In this document: piece after piece, positions 40,005 through 53,700 of the stretch | How positions within the stretch are numbered: the first letter of the stretch is position 1 | Layout: each line of letters opens with the position of its first letter | NCBI RefSeq assembly: GCF_902652985.1 | Contig: NC_047018.1 | Location: 12,214,001-12,278,000, forward strand | Origin: Pecten maximus | Taxonomy: Eukaryota | DNA length: 64,000 bases | Direction of reading: 5' to 3' | Position numbers and translations under genes: made by a program | Notes under the pieces: generated by a model | Databases searched by the model: none | Told to the model about the DNA's origin: nothing | Seen by the model: only the letters and a program-made list of their open reading frames with translations

Positions 40005-40397
40005 TTTTTACCAGTGAAATATCAAAAATTATTCATTCTATAAAAGTGCTGATTTGACCAATCAAATTAATGATTAGAAAATACCAAAATAATTGACCAA
40101 TCAGAAAGCCCGACATATATGTCAGCACCTGGACAGGGGAAACTACTTTTTTTGTTTACAAATTATCGCTGTAGGCCTGGTTAGCATACGGGGTAGGGTT
40201 TTCGTTGATAAAAAATGTAATAAACAGAATATCTAACAGTGTCTTCAGTAATACCAAATATATTTCACTCGTGTGGCTAATATTTTGATATTTTTCACTC
40301 GTGCTGCGCACTCGTGAAAAATATCAAAATATTAGCCCCACTCGTGAAATATATTTGGTATTACTGAAGACACTGTTAGATATCCTCTATTTATTAC
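40005..40397. mobile_element. Non-autonomous element with an ~85-bp-arm terminal hairpin (probably Crypton-type)
   Basis: Near-perfect palindrome 40218-40397 centred on gctgcgc; accagtgaaatatcaaaa near 40010 resembles the hairpin arm. The class is inferred by analogy with 23929-26321. Confidence 0.6.
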
Positions 40398-41599
40398 TAT
40401 ATAAAAAAGTATCTTATCACAAACGAGTGGCAGCGAAAGTCACATTTGCGTCATTTTGCCCGTTTATTAAACCCATCCGTTGAACAATAATATAAAATAT
40501 ATATAACCTGAAGTAAACGTCGTACAATTACTACTGAGTAGTAATTCTGGTGTTTTCGTAAAGGTGATGATTCCGGTGTGAAGTTGGATCATTGGTTTGA
40601 CATTCAAATTCTGAATGTTGAACGTCCTATGTTGAATGTTGAGTCAACTTCACACAGCTCCGGTTAATTCCGGCCGCTTGGGTTAAAAGTACAGAGCCTA
40701 CACTGTACTTGTGGTATTTACGATCGAGTGGCGCACACAACTGCATGTAACAGGGGTGTAAAGTTACGAGTATTGATTCATGTAATAATAACGTTCGATG
40801 CAGAAAATGTCCTGGATTAACAGGAATGTGTTCACCAACAAACATTGTCCACTTGTTTTCCTACGCCATGCAGTTGTTCATTGTTTTGGGAATCGGTTGA
40901 GTTGCCAGTTTTTGAGCCCTGTAAGTGACAAATAAAGCAAAACAATCAAACAGTCCCTAAAAGTAATAGCTATAACATCATTTTGTATTTGCTTACTGGT
41001 TCCATAATATCATTTTACATTTTGTGGTTCGTACATCTGTATAATATTACAGGCGGAAGGCCTAGCAGTGGATGTAAACAGATATATAAGTATACGGAGA
41101 CGTAATGATTTAGAGATTAACGGTTTGGAACGTATTTGACTATAGTTAATATAAACCATATCATCATCCTCATAGGAACTTTCTTTAGACCTCCAAACTC
41201 GAGTAATGTTGTATGGTATCTTAACGAATACGATATAGAGCTATCAATTCATACAAATATTATTCATACTTATAAAGACCGTTACTATCTTTAGAAGGAA
41301 AATAGTTATATATAACCAAGGTGATTATCAATTGTTCAATACCAAATCGAACGAATTGACTGGCCAGCCTATACAGAAAGGTCGTCTCTACGATATGCAG
41401 TGACTTCCTGAACCGAATCTATGCTATAACATGTGCTTTAGTTTACATCCCTATCAAATTAATAACTGTCCGTTTTTAAGTTCCCCCGTTTGATGTACAA
41501 TGATATAATAACTTTAATAAAACCAAGAAAACGAATGTATAGGAATTTAAGGCACAATTAAAATCAAGTTTATTGGAATAAGTTCGAAAAGAAAAAAAC

Positions 41600-42520
41600 T
41601 TTGCTGTGTTGATGCTATAAGAGGAACTAACGTAGATTACCATATTAAACTAATAATATCCTCTTCACGGGACTGGTGGAAAATATCTAGCAAATTTACT
41701 AGGCATTCAAATAAACTTCCCCCCCCCCCCCCTTTAGTATATTATGACCTGACAATCAATAATAAGTGTAAAGTTTAAACATTACGAATTCTCTTTACCA
41801 TCAGTTCACCTTAAATGAACACTTCCTTCAGACAATGTTTCCTCTTCCACATCTAGATACATTAAACATTACACCATATTATGTCAAAGATGCTGTACGT
41901 ATTGTAGACGCGTTGAAGAAAACTGGTCCTGACTTAACACTAAAAAGGAAAGGACAACTTATGTCAACTATTTAGCTATATTTTCAAAAAGTCTATAAAT
42001 GATGGTATCTGCCTAGACAGTTGCAAATACGAAGCCTTTTTTTAAGGGTGAAAAATATAAGAAATATCGACCTACATCAATATGCACAAAGACGATTATA
42101 TAATGAATCCTTTTCTACCTCATTCGCCTCTTGAATGAATTACCATTTAATATTGGAGACAATTCGTCTGTTAATGAACTAAAACACATCTTGATAAGGA
42201 CAATATCAGATATCGTCGTAACTAATTTAATGCAGGTAAAGGTCAAATTCTCCACACTAACCTCAGCTCACTATATCAACACTTATTCCACAAAAACCTT
42301 ACAGAATAAGCTTACTCGTGGATTTTTTTGATAGGAGATATATTGTTCATTACCGTAATATATACTCGCAATAGACAGAAACACTTATCGGATATGATTT
42401 CAAAATACAATATGCATAATATCGTAGATGTCCTCCCATGGGGCGATCAAAGTCTGAATGGTTTGGAAAATGCTGAAATATTTATTTTTGTTCAGGACTT
42501 AATCGTAACAGCAGTATCTT
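41600..42520 (+). mobile_element. Highly decayed LINE (CR1/L2-group) remnant
   Basis: Fragments SSRDWWKISSKF, DALKKTGPD, KYRPTS and a typical C-terminus LPWGDQSLNGLENAEIFIFVQDLI. Confidence 0.6.
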
Positions 42521-45500
42521 AATGATGAGTGTATGTCTGAGATAGTTTTTTTTCTATATACCACTGAGGTAACATTCTATATATTTTATTTGTTTCTATC
42601 TTTTCAAAAGATTATTCGTACAGCTATTGAGTCAAACCTTATGGTCAGTGTGATATCCTTAATGTTTAACAATACATCTTATCCCTACGCCCTATCATTA
42701 ACCCTTCTAATTAATTTCACCATCAATCTTTCTAATCATACCAATCCCCTTCAACGTCCATGTTATGATCTATTCTACTCGGACAAACTAAAATTTTGAA
42801 AACCTTCGATGTGTAATCGGCACGTAACTGGTATACCACTCCAGGCCGCACCCTTCAAATCACTGACGTCACACCAGTAAAGGAAATCACGATAGGTCAG
42901 GAAGGGTAAACTGACCGTTGAGTTATGTGATACTCGGACACAGTCTGGTGATGTCACTTGTAACCCCTTTGTTCGTCGTAAACCTAAATTAGCCTAAACA
43001 CTCCAACATTCCCCGTATTCTGTAATTGATCAACCTGCTAAGCAAAAATAGTTGTGAATAGTCCATCAAACACAAGCTATTAGGAGTAACCTGTCTTAGT
43101 TTTACTCTTGGGTGAAATAACCCGGAAAGAAGGTGTATACGAAGTATCTTTTAATAACCACGCAATGGAGAAACATCTCTTGACCTTATGAAATGCTCAC
43201 ATTAACAGGGCTGTGTGAAGTTAGCTCAACATACGACACACGACATTCAACATTCAAATAATTCATATGGTGTGTTTTCACTAGCCAACGAGGGACCCTT
43301 TATTGAGACCTTCGTTTTCTCTCTACCTACCTTACTCACCTGGCACTCAATACTATGTCACGTCACCTATTTTTTCTATATTTTCTCGCCCCCTGAAAAG
43401 CAGAACAGCCACAATAGCGGGCGCTAAAATCGTGAGACCGTGTGTGTCTCCATAAGACGGCTTGTTGTCGTAGCTGTTAAACATGATACTAATGGTGTCT
43501 AACATACGCTCCCTACAGTTGAACTGTCCGATTTTTTTTCGATTGGTATGACGTCCTTTAACAAAAGCCGTTCAGCCTTCTGGAAACTGTTCCTTAATCT
43601 GTATCCGGGCTCTCCGTTAGCATACTTTTATTTGAATCCAAACATGCCTTTTACACTTGAATATCATCTTGTGTTTTTCAACACTAAAACGACAGAAGTA
43701 TTTTAAGTGGAGACGCCCGCGTTTTCGGACACCCCCTGAAGTGTTGTTTGTCATCAAGTGTTTTGTGTAAAATGCAAAATAAACTAACCGAATACTCGGC
43801 GATTTAAAAGACGCTAGTGAAGGGTCGATTTGGCGTGGTGAATCTCGATTTAATTGACTGTATTGATCAACTAACCGAACGGACAAAAGATGAAGTGGGT
43901 GGTGATGACTCTTACATATAAAAAGGTATTGCACTTTATATGTTGGAATGCAATAATTGTACGAAGGATAATACACATATTACCGGAACCGTACAGTTAT
44001 ATATTAAGTAATTGATATCAAACTGCGTGTTATGATAAAAATATATATCGTCCTCGTTCTGATGCTAAATCCAGTACGGAAGTCAGCCAAATATTGTTCA
44101 TTAACCTCATACTTATATCATCTTTCCCATTTTTTATATAGGATATTAAATTTAAAAAAAAAACAATTTGGATAATTGCTGTTACGAAGGAACTTCGGAC
44201 TAGACCTGGTGTGTCCCGAGATCGGCATACCGTTCACGTTCCTTTGATTGGTGTAAGCTTATTTCAGCAGAATCATAAAATTTGCAGAAAAAAAAGAATA
44301 CTGACATATTAACACAATCATAATAACCTCAAAATCAATGAAATGACAGCAAAATATAGGTCTACAGGGAGATAATTGTAAAAAGCAATAGGAATATCAG
44401 GCGGGTATTCATGAAGATTAAGTTTTTATGCTTCTCTCGACGACACCAGCCATGTAAATCTCTGCCAAATCTAGGTTTGTCACGTCCCCAAATGAGAACC
44501 AAGATACATATGTAGATGGCGAAAACAGAATCACGTGACATATCAACTAGGATCGAAAACGACTTACTTCATATCAGACCTATAATATATCATTTCCTAC
44601 TGATATCATGATATTGACTATAAAACTGTCCTATGGTCTCCATCGACCTGCACCTCCCCTCTGTCAACACCTGTCACGGAAATCGTTATAATGGGAACAC
44701 GTCCTCGAATATCGAATCAACTGAGACATGTTAACACCGTAGGTAGGGGAAGCATGGATGTGACTATCTAGAAATGGAAAATTCAAAATGAGAAATTGAA
44801 ATCAAGACACTTGTGATACAGCCTAGTTTTAAGTTGTCTCTACTGGTTACGTTGTAAGTATAGATCGGACTTGACAGCAGAAAAATCAGTGTCTTATTTA
44901 TTTTAAATTACAAACTACAGTTCCTTCTTATATATAAAAAAAAGTATTCATTATTCACTTTCCCCGAAGGATATCATCAACAATAGATAAAAAAAAAAAT
45001 AATACCCTCTGGTTTCTGACGACCAACCTAATGGATTTTGCTGTACATACACTTTGTGAGATGAGCCAATCATATGAAGTTTCCCGATCTTTTCATAACA
45101 ATGTTTATAGCCCCCACCGCAGTAAATCTTTCTTTCCGTGCGATTTGAACCATTACTTATACTTGTTAATTTCTTAATACGAAACACAAATACATCGAAT
45201 AAAAGCATATACGGAATTTAACGATACAATGTAGAACCGGATAAAGAATTTTTCAAAACATCTACACGGATTAACTGTGTATAACACACGGAAGGTAGCA
45301 TTGGTCCTTGGGGCGAATTCGGCAGATCCAATCGAATCATAAGATGTTGTCCGATAACGTCACTGGACCTAAACAATTGACCGTGGCTGATCTAGCCTGA
45401 CTACGTGGTCAAGGCGAAACTCGATACATTAACAAATACTTGATATCAATGCGTGCTAACAGTAAATTGAATGTAAACTTGCTTTAGGTGCTTTTAATGG

Positions 45501-45689
45501 CCGACTTCAGATACAAACATGACGTTAGCTCACGTGACTAGACAATTTATTGATCAGTATCTATACAAGTCCTGTATACAAGGAAGTCACGAATTATAAA
45601 AACATTCTTATCAATAAGGACTTAAATGCAACTTAATTGAAAGTTTACATAAGCACAATCTTATAAAAAAGACGTGAAAAATAATCATA

Positions 45690-46445
45690 TAAGATGTTTA
45701 CCAAGAAAGAGAGGATACAACCAACAACGTCGTTGAACTACGCCTGCTTTCTGACGGTGGAATGGATACATTGGACTGTTTTCCGGGTATACATTGTGTA
45801 ATTTACAAATTATGTCTGTCCGATTGCATTACTAATTCATAAGGATAGATAGATATTCATTATTTCGCCATATTCGCGGGATTGCAATGGGATAAATTTG
45901 GTGCAATTCAGAATATTACATAAGTGATATACGATGGTGGATATTGACATTTAAAGTTGAAAAGTAAAGTGGATTTTACAGTTCAATGCTGATAGAGTTA
46001 ATGCTTTTGTTCTTCTTAATTGAATTCATTTTCATGTATATTTTTTATATCAATTTTTTTTGCATTTCATTAACCACCCATTGATTTACGATATCTGTTT
46101 TGATGTTGATGATGTTGATGTTGCTGGTTTAAAGTCTCGATTTAGGTTACAACCTCTACTCGCGACTCTAGGTTAGAACATTAGTCCGGGGTGACTGTTA
46201 GGTGTTGTCAGTTGATGATCCCCTCCTCCTTTCTCAACGCGGGCTTGGGACCGGCTACGGCGGAGTTTATTCGATACATTAATGATGTAAGATGTTTTAA
46301 GAAAGAGGGGATAGGACGAACCTAGTCGTTGAACTACACTTTCTGACGGTAGAATGGTTAGATTGAAATGTATTCCGGGTACACATTTTGTGGTTTACAA
46401 ATGCACCTTGCCTGTTCGATTACATTACTAATTCATAAGATATCT
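45690..46445. repeat. Diverged ~160-bp direct duplication (45690-45847 ~ 46288-46443)
   Basis: Shared taagatgttt...gtcgttgaactac...tttctgacggt...ttccgggta...cattactaattcataag. Confidence 0.75.
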
Positions 46446-49400
46446 GTTAAGATAATTACGTGTTGCATAAAGAAATGAAATAGTGAGCTTGGTGATAACA
46501 TATATGTTAACAAAACGATTTTTTTTTAGATAAGGATAATGGTAATTTACATGGCTTTTCCTAGATCAGACATAGGTGGTAGTTCGAGGAAACAAACACT
46601 TCCTTGTCAACGCGGTGCACATGCAGACAGGATGCGTCTAAAAAACCGGGGAAAGCGAATCAATTATCTGAATTCTTGTTGAATTAATCACCAAAGCAAA
46701 ACATATATAAAGGTAAATAAAAAGGAAATAAGGATATCAATAAACAGGAGCTGTACCAACGAGTTGATTTTATTTATTGCTCTTTATTTCCTCCATAATT
46801 GAAGATTTCATGGTTTAGTTTTTAACCATTTTTTTAAATAAATTACACTTACAATAGGTAGTTTGTCTAATACACTATTGTATAAGGCTTAATTCAATCA
46901 CACTTGATGTATCTAAACAAGAGGTCAGAGGCCATGAGCCATTATTCCCTAAGTATGTATATTACTATTTTGATTTGCTATGCAAACTCGAAATTGTGAA
47001 GGACATGTTATCCATAATTTGCTTCGATTTCCCTTCCTATGAAGTAAGTTACAACTGAGCATATGATAGTTAGAAGGATAATAGACGATAAGAATATCCT
47101 AATTAAACGGTACATGTACACAATAACGATTCGAGCTATACCGGGGGAATGTGTCTCCCTTCTCACTAGATCAGCTTCAAGTGCATGTTGTTGTGCTTGT
47201 CGACAGGTTATCCATGCTAGTCTGTTTCGGCTTTAATTCTATGTATCGATGCTAAACTAAGAAAGGTCTGGCGTGCTTTTAAATTTCTTAATTCAGCGGT
47301 CATATATATAAATGACACACATATACAATGCATATAAATCCGGTGCATAATAATACTTAAATACGAGCCGTAATAGGAATGGGAAATGGGACATGCTACC
47401 CGCACCTCACTAGGTCAGCAACATATGTCTGTTGTTGTACTTGACAGTTGATTATTTGTTACACAATTATAATGATAATACTATATGTTATAATGGAACA
47501 GGTCTATTGTATTTTAAAAAAACACATATACATGTATACGTAGCTACGAAACACGCTTTACAAAGTAATATTTAAATGATATGAGCTTTAAATCTCAAAC
47601 AGCTCATCATTTCACGATAGGTTATTACCAGTGACTCCGTCACCTCAATCGCTCATTTGAAGTTCAAACCATGTGAAAATTATATCAAATAAAAGTTGAA
47701 GTATACTCTACCTGAAAATGATGTTATTGGATAGGTCTGATTTAATTGGTCCTAAACTTACAAGTAAATATGTGGATGATGACAAAACCTTCCATGCGAC
47801 ACCTTAAGAGTTGTAGGACACTGGGAACAAGATATTCCTCCAGAGTCGATAGCTGATACTATAATGTGATGTAAAATGATGGAGACTTTCTAAAGAAGCA
47901 AAGCAATATGTTGTCTACAAAGAAAACACTGCCAGCACCTCTGCATATCGTGGTCGAAGTCTTGACGAGTTGGAGAACGTGACCCAAAGCAGAAAAGGCG
48001 TTAAAATGGGGAGGGAAGGTGGGGATTTGCCTGTCTCGTTAGCTTTTCCAAATATGACTAAAAGGGGCATAACTCCAAAATTAAGGGAGGTAACTTGGTT
48101 CACTGCACACAACAATAAATAGAGAGATACCGGATGTAGTCGTATGATTTATGTACATTCTAGAAAAAAAGGTGTTTGATAAATAGGTATCAAACTAGAC
48201 CCCAAAATCAATCTTCCGGTCTTCATACGATAAATTAAGTTATATATAAGAAACGATTGTTTTTAAAGTGAACTGGGGAACCCCGTTGGAGGGTTCCCGC
48301 GTTTTTACACCTGAAATACTACTTTATTATATTTTTAGTAGGATTGTATGTTTGTAATTTTCTGAATCTCAAAGCCCTACGTTTTATTCTCGTATAAAGA
48401 AAGTACCTAGAGCTTTGGAGGAAGTGAATGGGTCTGTTCTTCTCAATCTGCATAATAGACCTCAACTTACAGGAAGATTGAGAAGTTAAAGAAGATTTTA
48501 AACAAAAACACAGGTAAAAATTCTTGATTCCCACCCAAGCGTGATGCTTGATTTTGTGTATATTCAAAACTAGCTCATAAGGCTTTTAACATGCCTATTT
48601 ATAATTAATATATATATACATTTTCAGCACTTAAACGGTCCGATTCTGTAAATTGTGGGCAGTGCACTGGGAATCAAGCAGTCGTGTCAAGTCCCTGTTT
48701 GTCAGGCGGTTGAAATAACGCCTCCATTTGAATCAATGTATATAAGGATGTTCAATCGATCAAAAAGAAATATAGGAAACATACAGTAAATGAAGCCCAA
48801 TTTTTAATCAGTTGTAGAGCTCGTATCAAGTAATTTCGTAAAGATGGCTGTCCAGTTCAAATCGGAGCGGGAGACAACCGGAGAACATAGCCTAGCCGTC
48901 ATTCTTCCGCGGAGTAATAATAATTATAAGTTCAACGGCAGCATGGATATTTCAATTAAATCATGTTATTCTTAATATTGTTTTAAGGTAAATGTGTTGC
49001 ATAATCGTACTATTGCTTAGCAATACTGTTTGATCATCATATAGTGACGGACTATTTCTTTTATCACAAACCATTAAACTTGCACACGTTCTAGTAACTG
49101 AAGATTTGTAGCTCTTCAATTTATTAGGAAAAATGCGTGTTAACTGATATATAAGAATTGAATGATACTTCGATCGATTTCATGAGGTGATGAATTGAGT
49201 TGTTCCTAACTTGTTGGTCCGAATGAAAGCGTGATCGGACAGGTAACACATCGAACGCAGTAACCTAAGTAAAGGTGAGTACGATATCCAAACGCAACAC
49301 GAAACCCGTATATAATATTTAACTTTATTTTTCCCCACTGTCTACATCTTCGAGACCGCAATTTTGAACTCAAAGTGCTCTATAGGGACTAACCGTAGTT

Positions 49401-49689
49401 CTTTATCTACCATGAAATTATTTCCACAGTTTTATGACATTTCTAGAGCAGAAAAGTGGAAAGTAGCCCGCTTCTTATTATACCATTCATATAAACAAGT
49501 ACACGTGGATAACACAACATATAAGATAAATTTGATTAACTTTAGATTTAACAGTTTTATTATTCTAAGTTCTCTATCAATAGTAAGTTACTAATACCTG
49601 TCGATTAATGATATATATATTGTTTCAACACACTACCTGTCAGGTGAAAATACCATCAGGGAAGAGTATGGCTTTTACTCATTATATAA

Positions 49690-50250
49690 AAAGTATTCCT
49701 CAGATAAGGGTTGATTCTATTATTTATATTTCTCAGGTAATTGTTGATTCTATTATTGTATTCCTCAGGTAAGGATTTATGAAATTATTTGTATTTCTCA
49801 GATAAGGGGTGATTCTATAATTTGTATTCTTCGGGTAAGGGTTCATGCTATTATTTATATTCCTCGAGTAAGGGAGATTCTGTTATCAGTATTCTTCAGG
49901 TAAGTTTGATTCTATTAGTTGCATTTCTACGGTACGGCCGATTCTATTATGTGTATTCCTTTGGTAAGGTGTGTTTCTATAAATTGTATTCTCAGGTAAG
50001 GTCTGTTTCTTTTATTTGTAATTCTCAGGTAAAGTCTGTTTCTATTATTTGTAATTCTCAGATAAGGTCTGTTTCTATTATTTGTAATCCTCAGATAAGG
50101 TCTGTTTCTATTATTTGTAATCCTCAGGTAAAGTCTGTTTCTATTATTTGTAATCCTTAGGTAAAGTCTGTTTCTATTATTTGTAATCCTCAGGTATGTG
50201 TTGATTCTATTTTTGTATTCCTCAGATAAGGGTTGATTTTATTATTTGTT
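49690..50250. repeat. 33-bp degenerate minisatellite
   Basis: Unit about tctcaggtaaggtctgtttctattatttgtaat. Confidence 0.88.
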
Positions 50251-50750
50251 TAATATGTACAACCAACACTAAATATAATATGATAATGATATGGTTTTTT
50301 ATTATTATTTTGAATCTTAAAGCAAGTGTGTTCATTATATCATAAGTAAATACATATGGTCTGCATTTATCGATCGTGCAATATTTGTTATGGAGCTATG
50401 ACACCGTATTTTTTTAATTTTGTTTTGTCCACACACATATATATATATGTTTGTCCATTGTACCATCCTTCTAGCTTTAGTCCCGAGTTTATGCTGCCGA
50501 ATGACATGCTTTCGTTCATTACACTATACCCTGTATCATGGTTATATTGTTTCCGTCACAAATATAAAAACCAGTTGATAGATGATTATTTCAACTTTGT
50601 ACGTACTATTGTCGAGTAAGACAAAATCTCAATAACTCCGACGAAATGTGATTATTTTCAAAATGTTAAAAACAGTCCAATACCAGTACCAGGATATTTA
50701 GGAAACTGTAATACCTAGAAGGTCACTACATACGTGCTATAAACTCATGT

Positions 50751-53700
50751 TCAGTTTGTATCGATAAACGCTGGATTTGTTTTTTGTCCGCTGACGGTGG
50801 CCTTGCCGCCAATTGTTTTTGCTGTTTGTACAAGTGCCGTGCTCTGTTCAAAATGTGGCTGTATCTTAATCGCTGTTACCCCAGATTCATCCAAACTCGG
50901 GTTGTTGTCAAAGCCAATCGAAGATGTACCGCTGTCACTGGCGCTGTCCTGAGTGCTACTTCTGACTTTCTCGAACATCTCCTCGACTTTAAACTTTGGT
51001 GTCACACCTATCCGGAAGAAGCCTATTTTTCCATCCTTGATTTTTCGGCAGTCAACTACAGTGGAAGCAAGATTTTCAGGTGATGGACCGTCCGCAAGAA
51101 TTCCGTCACACTGAAAAGAATAAACATCTTCAATTATAACCAACGGATTAGTGTCTTTAGTCATGGTTATGCGACAAATCATTGACGTCGTTTGTACAAT
51201 TCATTAGGTGTACTATTTAGTGAATACATTTACAATATTATCAGGTGTTAATATACTGTCATATATATTAGTGACATACAGTGTTGTGTCGTTTTCTTAC
51301 ATTGTTTACTCCCAGTTTGGCTAGAACCTGAAGGTGGTGGGTGGTGTCTACCTCTCCGGTAGGATTTGCTGCCGTCACTGCTATAGGACCGGTCTGATCA
51401 ATCAGATGACATGTGATAGTTCTGTCCGGAATTCTCAATGCTATACTGTCTGGTTTACCTATAAGTCTCTCGGCCCCTCCTAATCCTAGTGACTTGACCC
51501 ATTCACCTGTTGTAAAAATCATATGCACATAACCAGCAGGAAACAGTTAAACTGTGATACGTGGTATTTTCAGCTTCCAATTATTAATTTATATTAGTAA
51601 CATCACTGCTACCCCTGTTTACGTGTTTACTTGTCCTAGTTGATGGAGACCATATAAAGGCGTTATCGTCGACGTCAGGATCTCAGTATGCGGTATGACG
51701 TCAGGCGTGCGGTATGACGTCAGGCGTACGTTATACTTCTTGATATGCCATTAGCTTAGTTCTCATTTTCAGATTGTGACTTTACCTGGATTTGATTTAG
51801 ATTGGTATGGCGGGTTCCGTCGATGAAGCAGAAAAAGAATATTTTGTTTAATTTTTGACATCCCCTGGAATCGTTTCCTGGTAATATCTTATGTTTGGTT
51901 TTCAGTGCCTGCTATACAGGAAGGACGTAAGAAAAACTGTCTACTGGGTAATTACAATTACTGTCTACTTGGTAATTACAACTGTCTACTGTATAATAAC
52001 ATTTTTATCTACTTGGTAATTACAACTGTCTACTGGGTAAAAACAATTATCTAATTTGTAATTACATTTACTGTCTACTGGATTATAACAATTACTATCT
52101 ACGTGGTAATAACAATTACTATCTACTGGGTAATAACAATTACTATCTACTGGGTAATAATAATTACTATCTACTGAGTAATATCAATTACTGTCTACTG
52201 GGTAATAATAATTACTATCTACTGGGTAATATCAATTACTGTCTACATGTTTAAAACAATTACTAGTTACTATGTAATAACAATTACGCACCTTTGTTGA
52301 GGACTAAGCTGATATTTGAGGGCCACACTTCCTGCATGAATCTCCAACATACATCACCCAAATCGGCGCGAGCATTCTCTATCTGTTTGAGGTTGGAAAT
52401 CCAAACTGACATTGGCCGATCCTCCGCCAGTTTCTTGATATTATAAGCCCTCTGAAACAAAACACACATCTTCGTTACTATAATGTAAGTCACTTTGTGA
52501 AACTTATCTTACCCAGTGAGACCCTAGACCCATAAGTAGTACGTTGAACTCTCTCTGTAACATCGCTTTACTCTCTTATAACTTATATATCTGCATAATC
52601 TTATATGAACGATCGCTAAACTATATTCTAGAACAACGTGTAATAAATATTGCTATGGTTATATCAACTGAAATTCATATATATTTCTTAACCCCACCAT
52701 GACAAACACGGAATGTCCTGTCACGAATATGAACATATCATTTTATACGATCTTGGTTCCTATAGATGTGTTTGTACTCCTTACATATATAGAAACTATA
52801 CCATAGATAAGACATCGTAGATTTACAATAGACTTACATCAGCAATGTTTGTAATGTTTACATTTCAAATAACCCTCTCACGTTTAAACCAGGATGAGCA
52901 ATATAATCGGAAATTCCCAACAAGTTCCATTAAGAACCAAGTGATTTATATTCATTACCTAGAACTTACTTAAGTGTTGTCAACGATATTTCAAGTTCAG
53001 AATACAATTTATCGATAATATTGAAGTTTAGCATCTGTCATCAGCTATGCGACAAATAGATAGATTGTCAAAACACTTTTAGTGACAAACATTCTAATAA
53101 GGTTGAGATGAAATGCTAACTATAAAAGAATGATGACCTCCAGTTCAGGCCTGACTATTGGACTAATATTTCACTATGCTGACGTCAAATTCAGACCTGA
53201 CCAGTGGACTAATATTTCACTATGCTGACGTCAAGTTCAGGCCTGACCAGTGGACTAATATTTCGCTATGCTGACCTCCAGTTCAGGCCTGACTAGTGGA
53301 CTAATATTTCACTATGCTGATGTCCAGTTCAGGCCTGACCAGTGGACTAATATTTCACTATGCTGACGTCCAGTTCAGGCCTGACCAGTGGACTAATATT
53401 TCACTTTGCTGACCTCCAGTTCAGGCCTGACCAGTGGATTAATATTTAACTATGCTGACATTAGTTCAGACCTAACTAGTGGACTAATATTGCACTATGG
53501 TGACCTCCAGTTCAGGCCTGACTAGTGGACTAATATTTAACTATGCTGACGTCAAGTTCAGACCTAACTAGTGGACTAATATTGCACTATGGTGATCTCC
53601 AGTTCAGGCCTGACCAGTGGACTAATATTTCACTTTGCTGACCTCCAGTTCAGGCCTGACCAGTGGATTAATATTTAACTATGCTGACATTAGTTCAGAC

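Noticed and set aside
35300-40920. Scattered minus-strand peptides reminiscent of LRR or Cys-cap motifs (e.g. WNCSC, TCSCV)
   Set aside because: Too short and interrupted to distinguish from chance; a tBLASTx search would be needed.
46917-48920. Fragments resembling common bivalve non-autonomous elements (aacaagagg..., aaggggcataactcc)
   Set aside because: Ends and class could not be defined from this window alone.
49690-50250. Repeated CAG|GTAAG splice-donor motifs suggesting a micro-exon array
   Set aside because: They are part of the 33-bp monomer, with no upstream plus-strand gene and spacing too short for introns.
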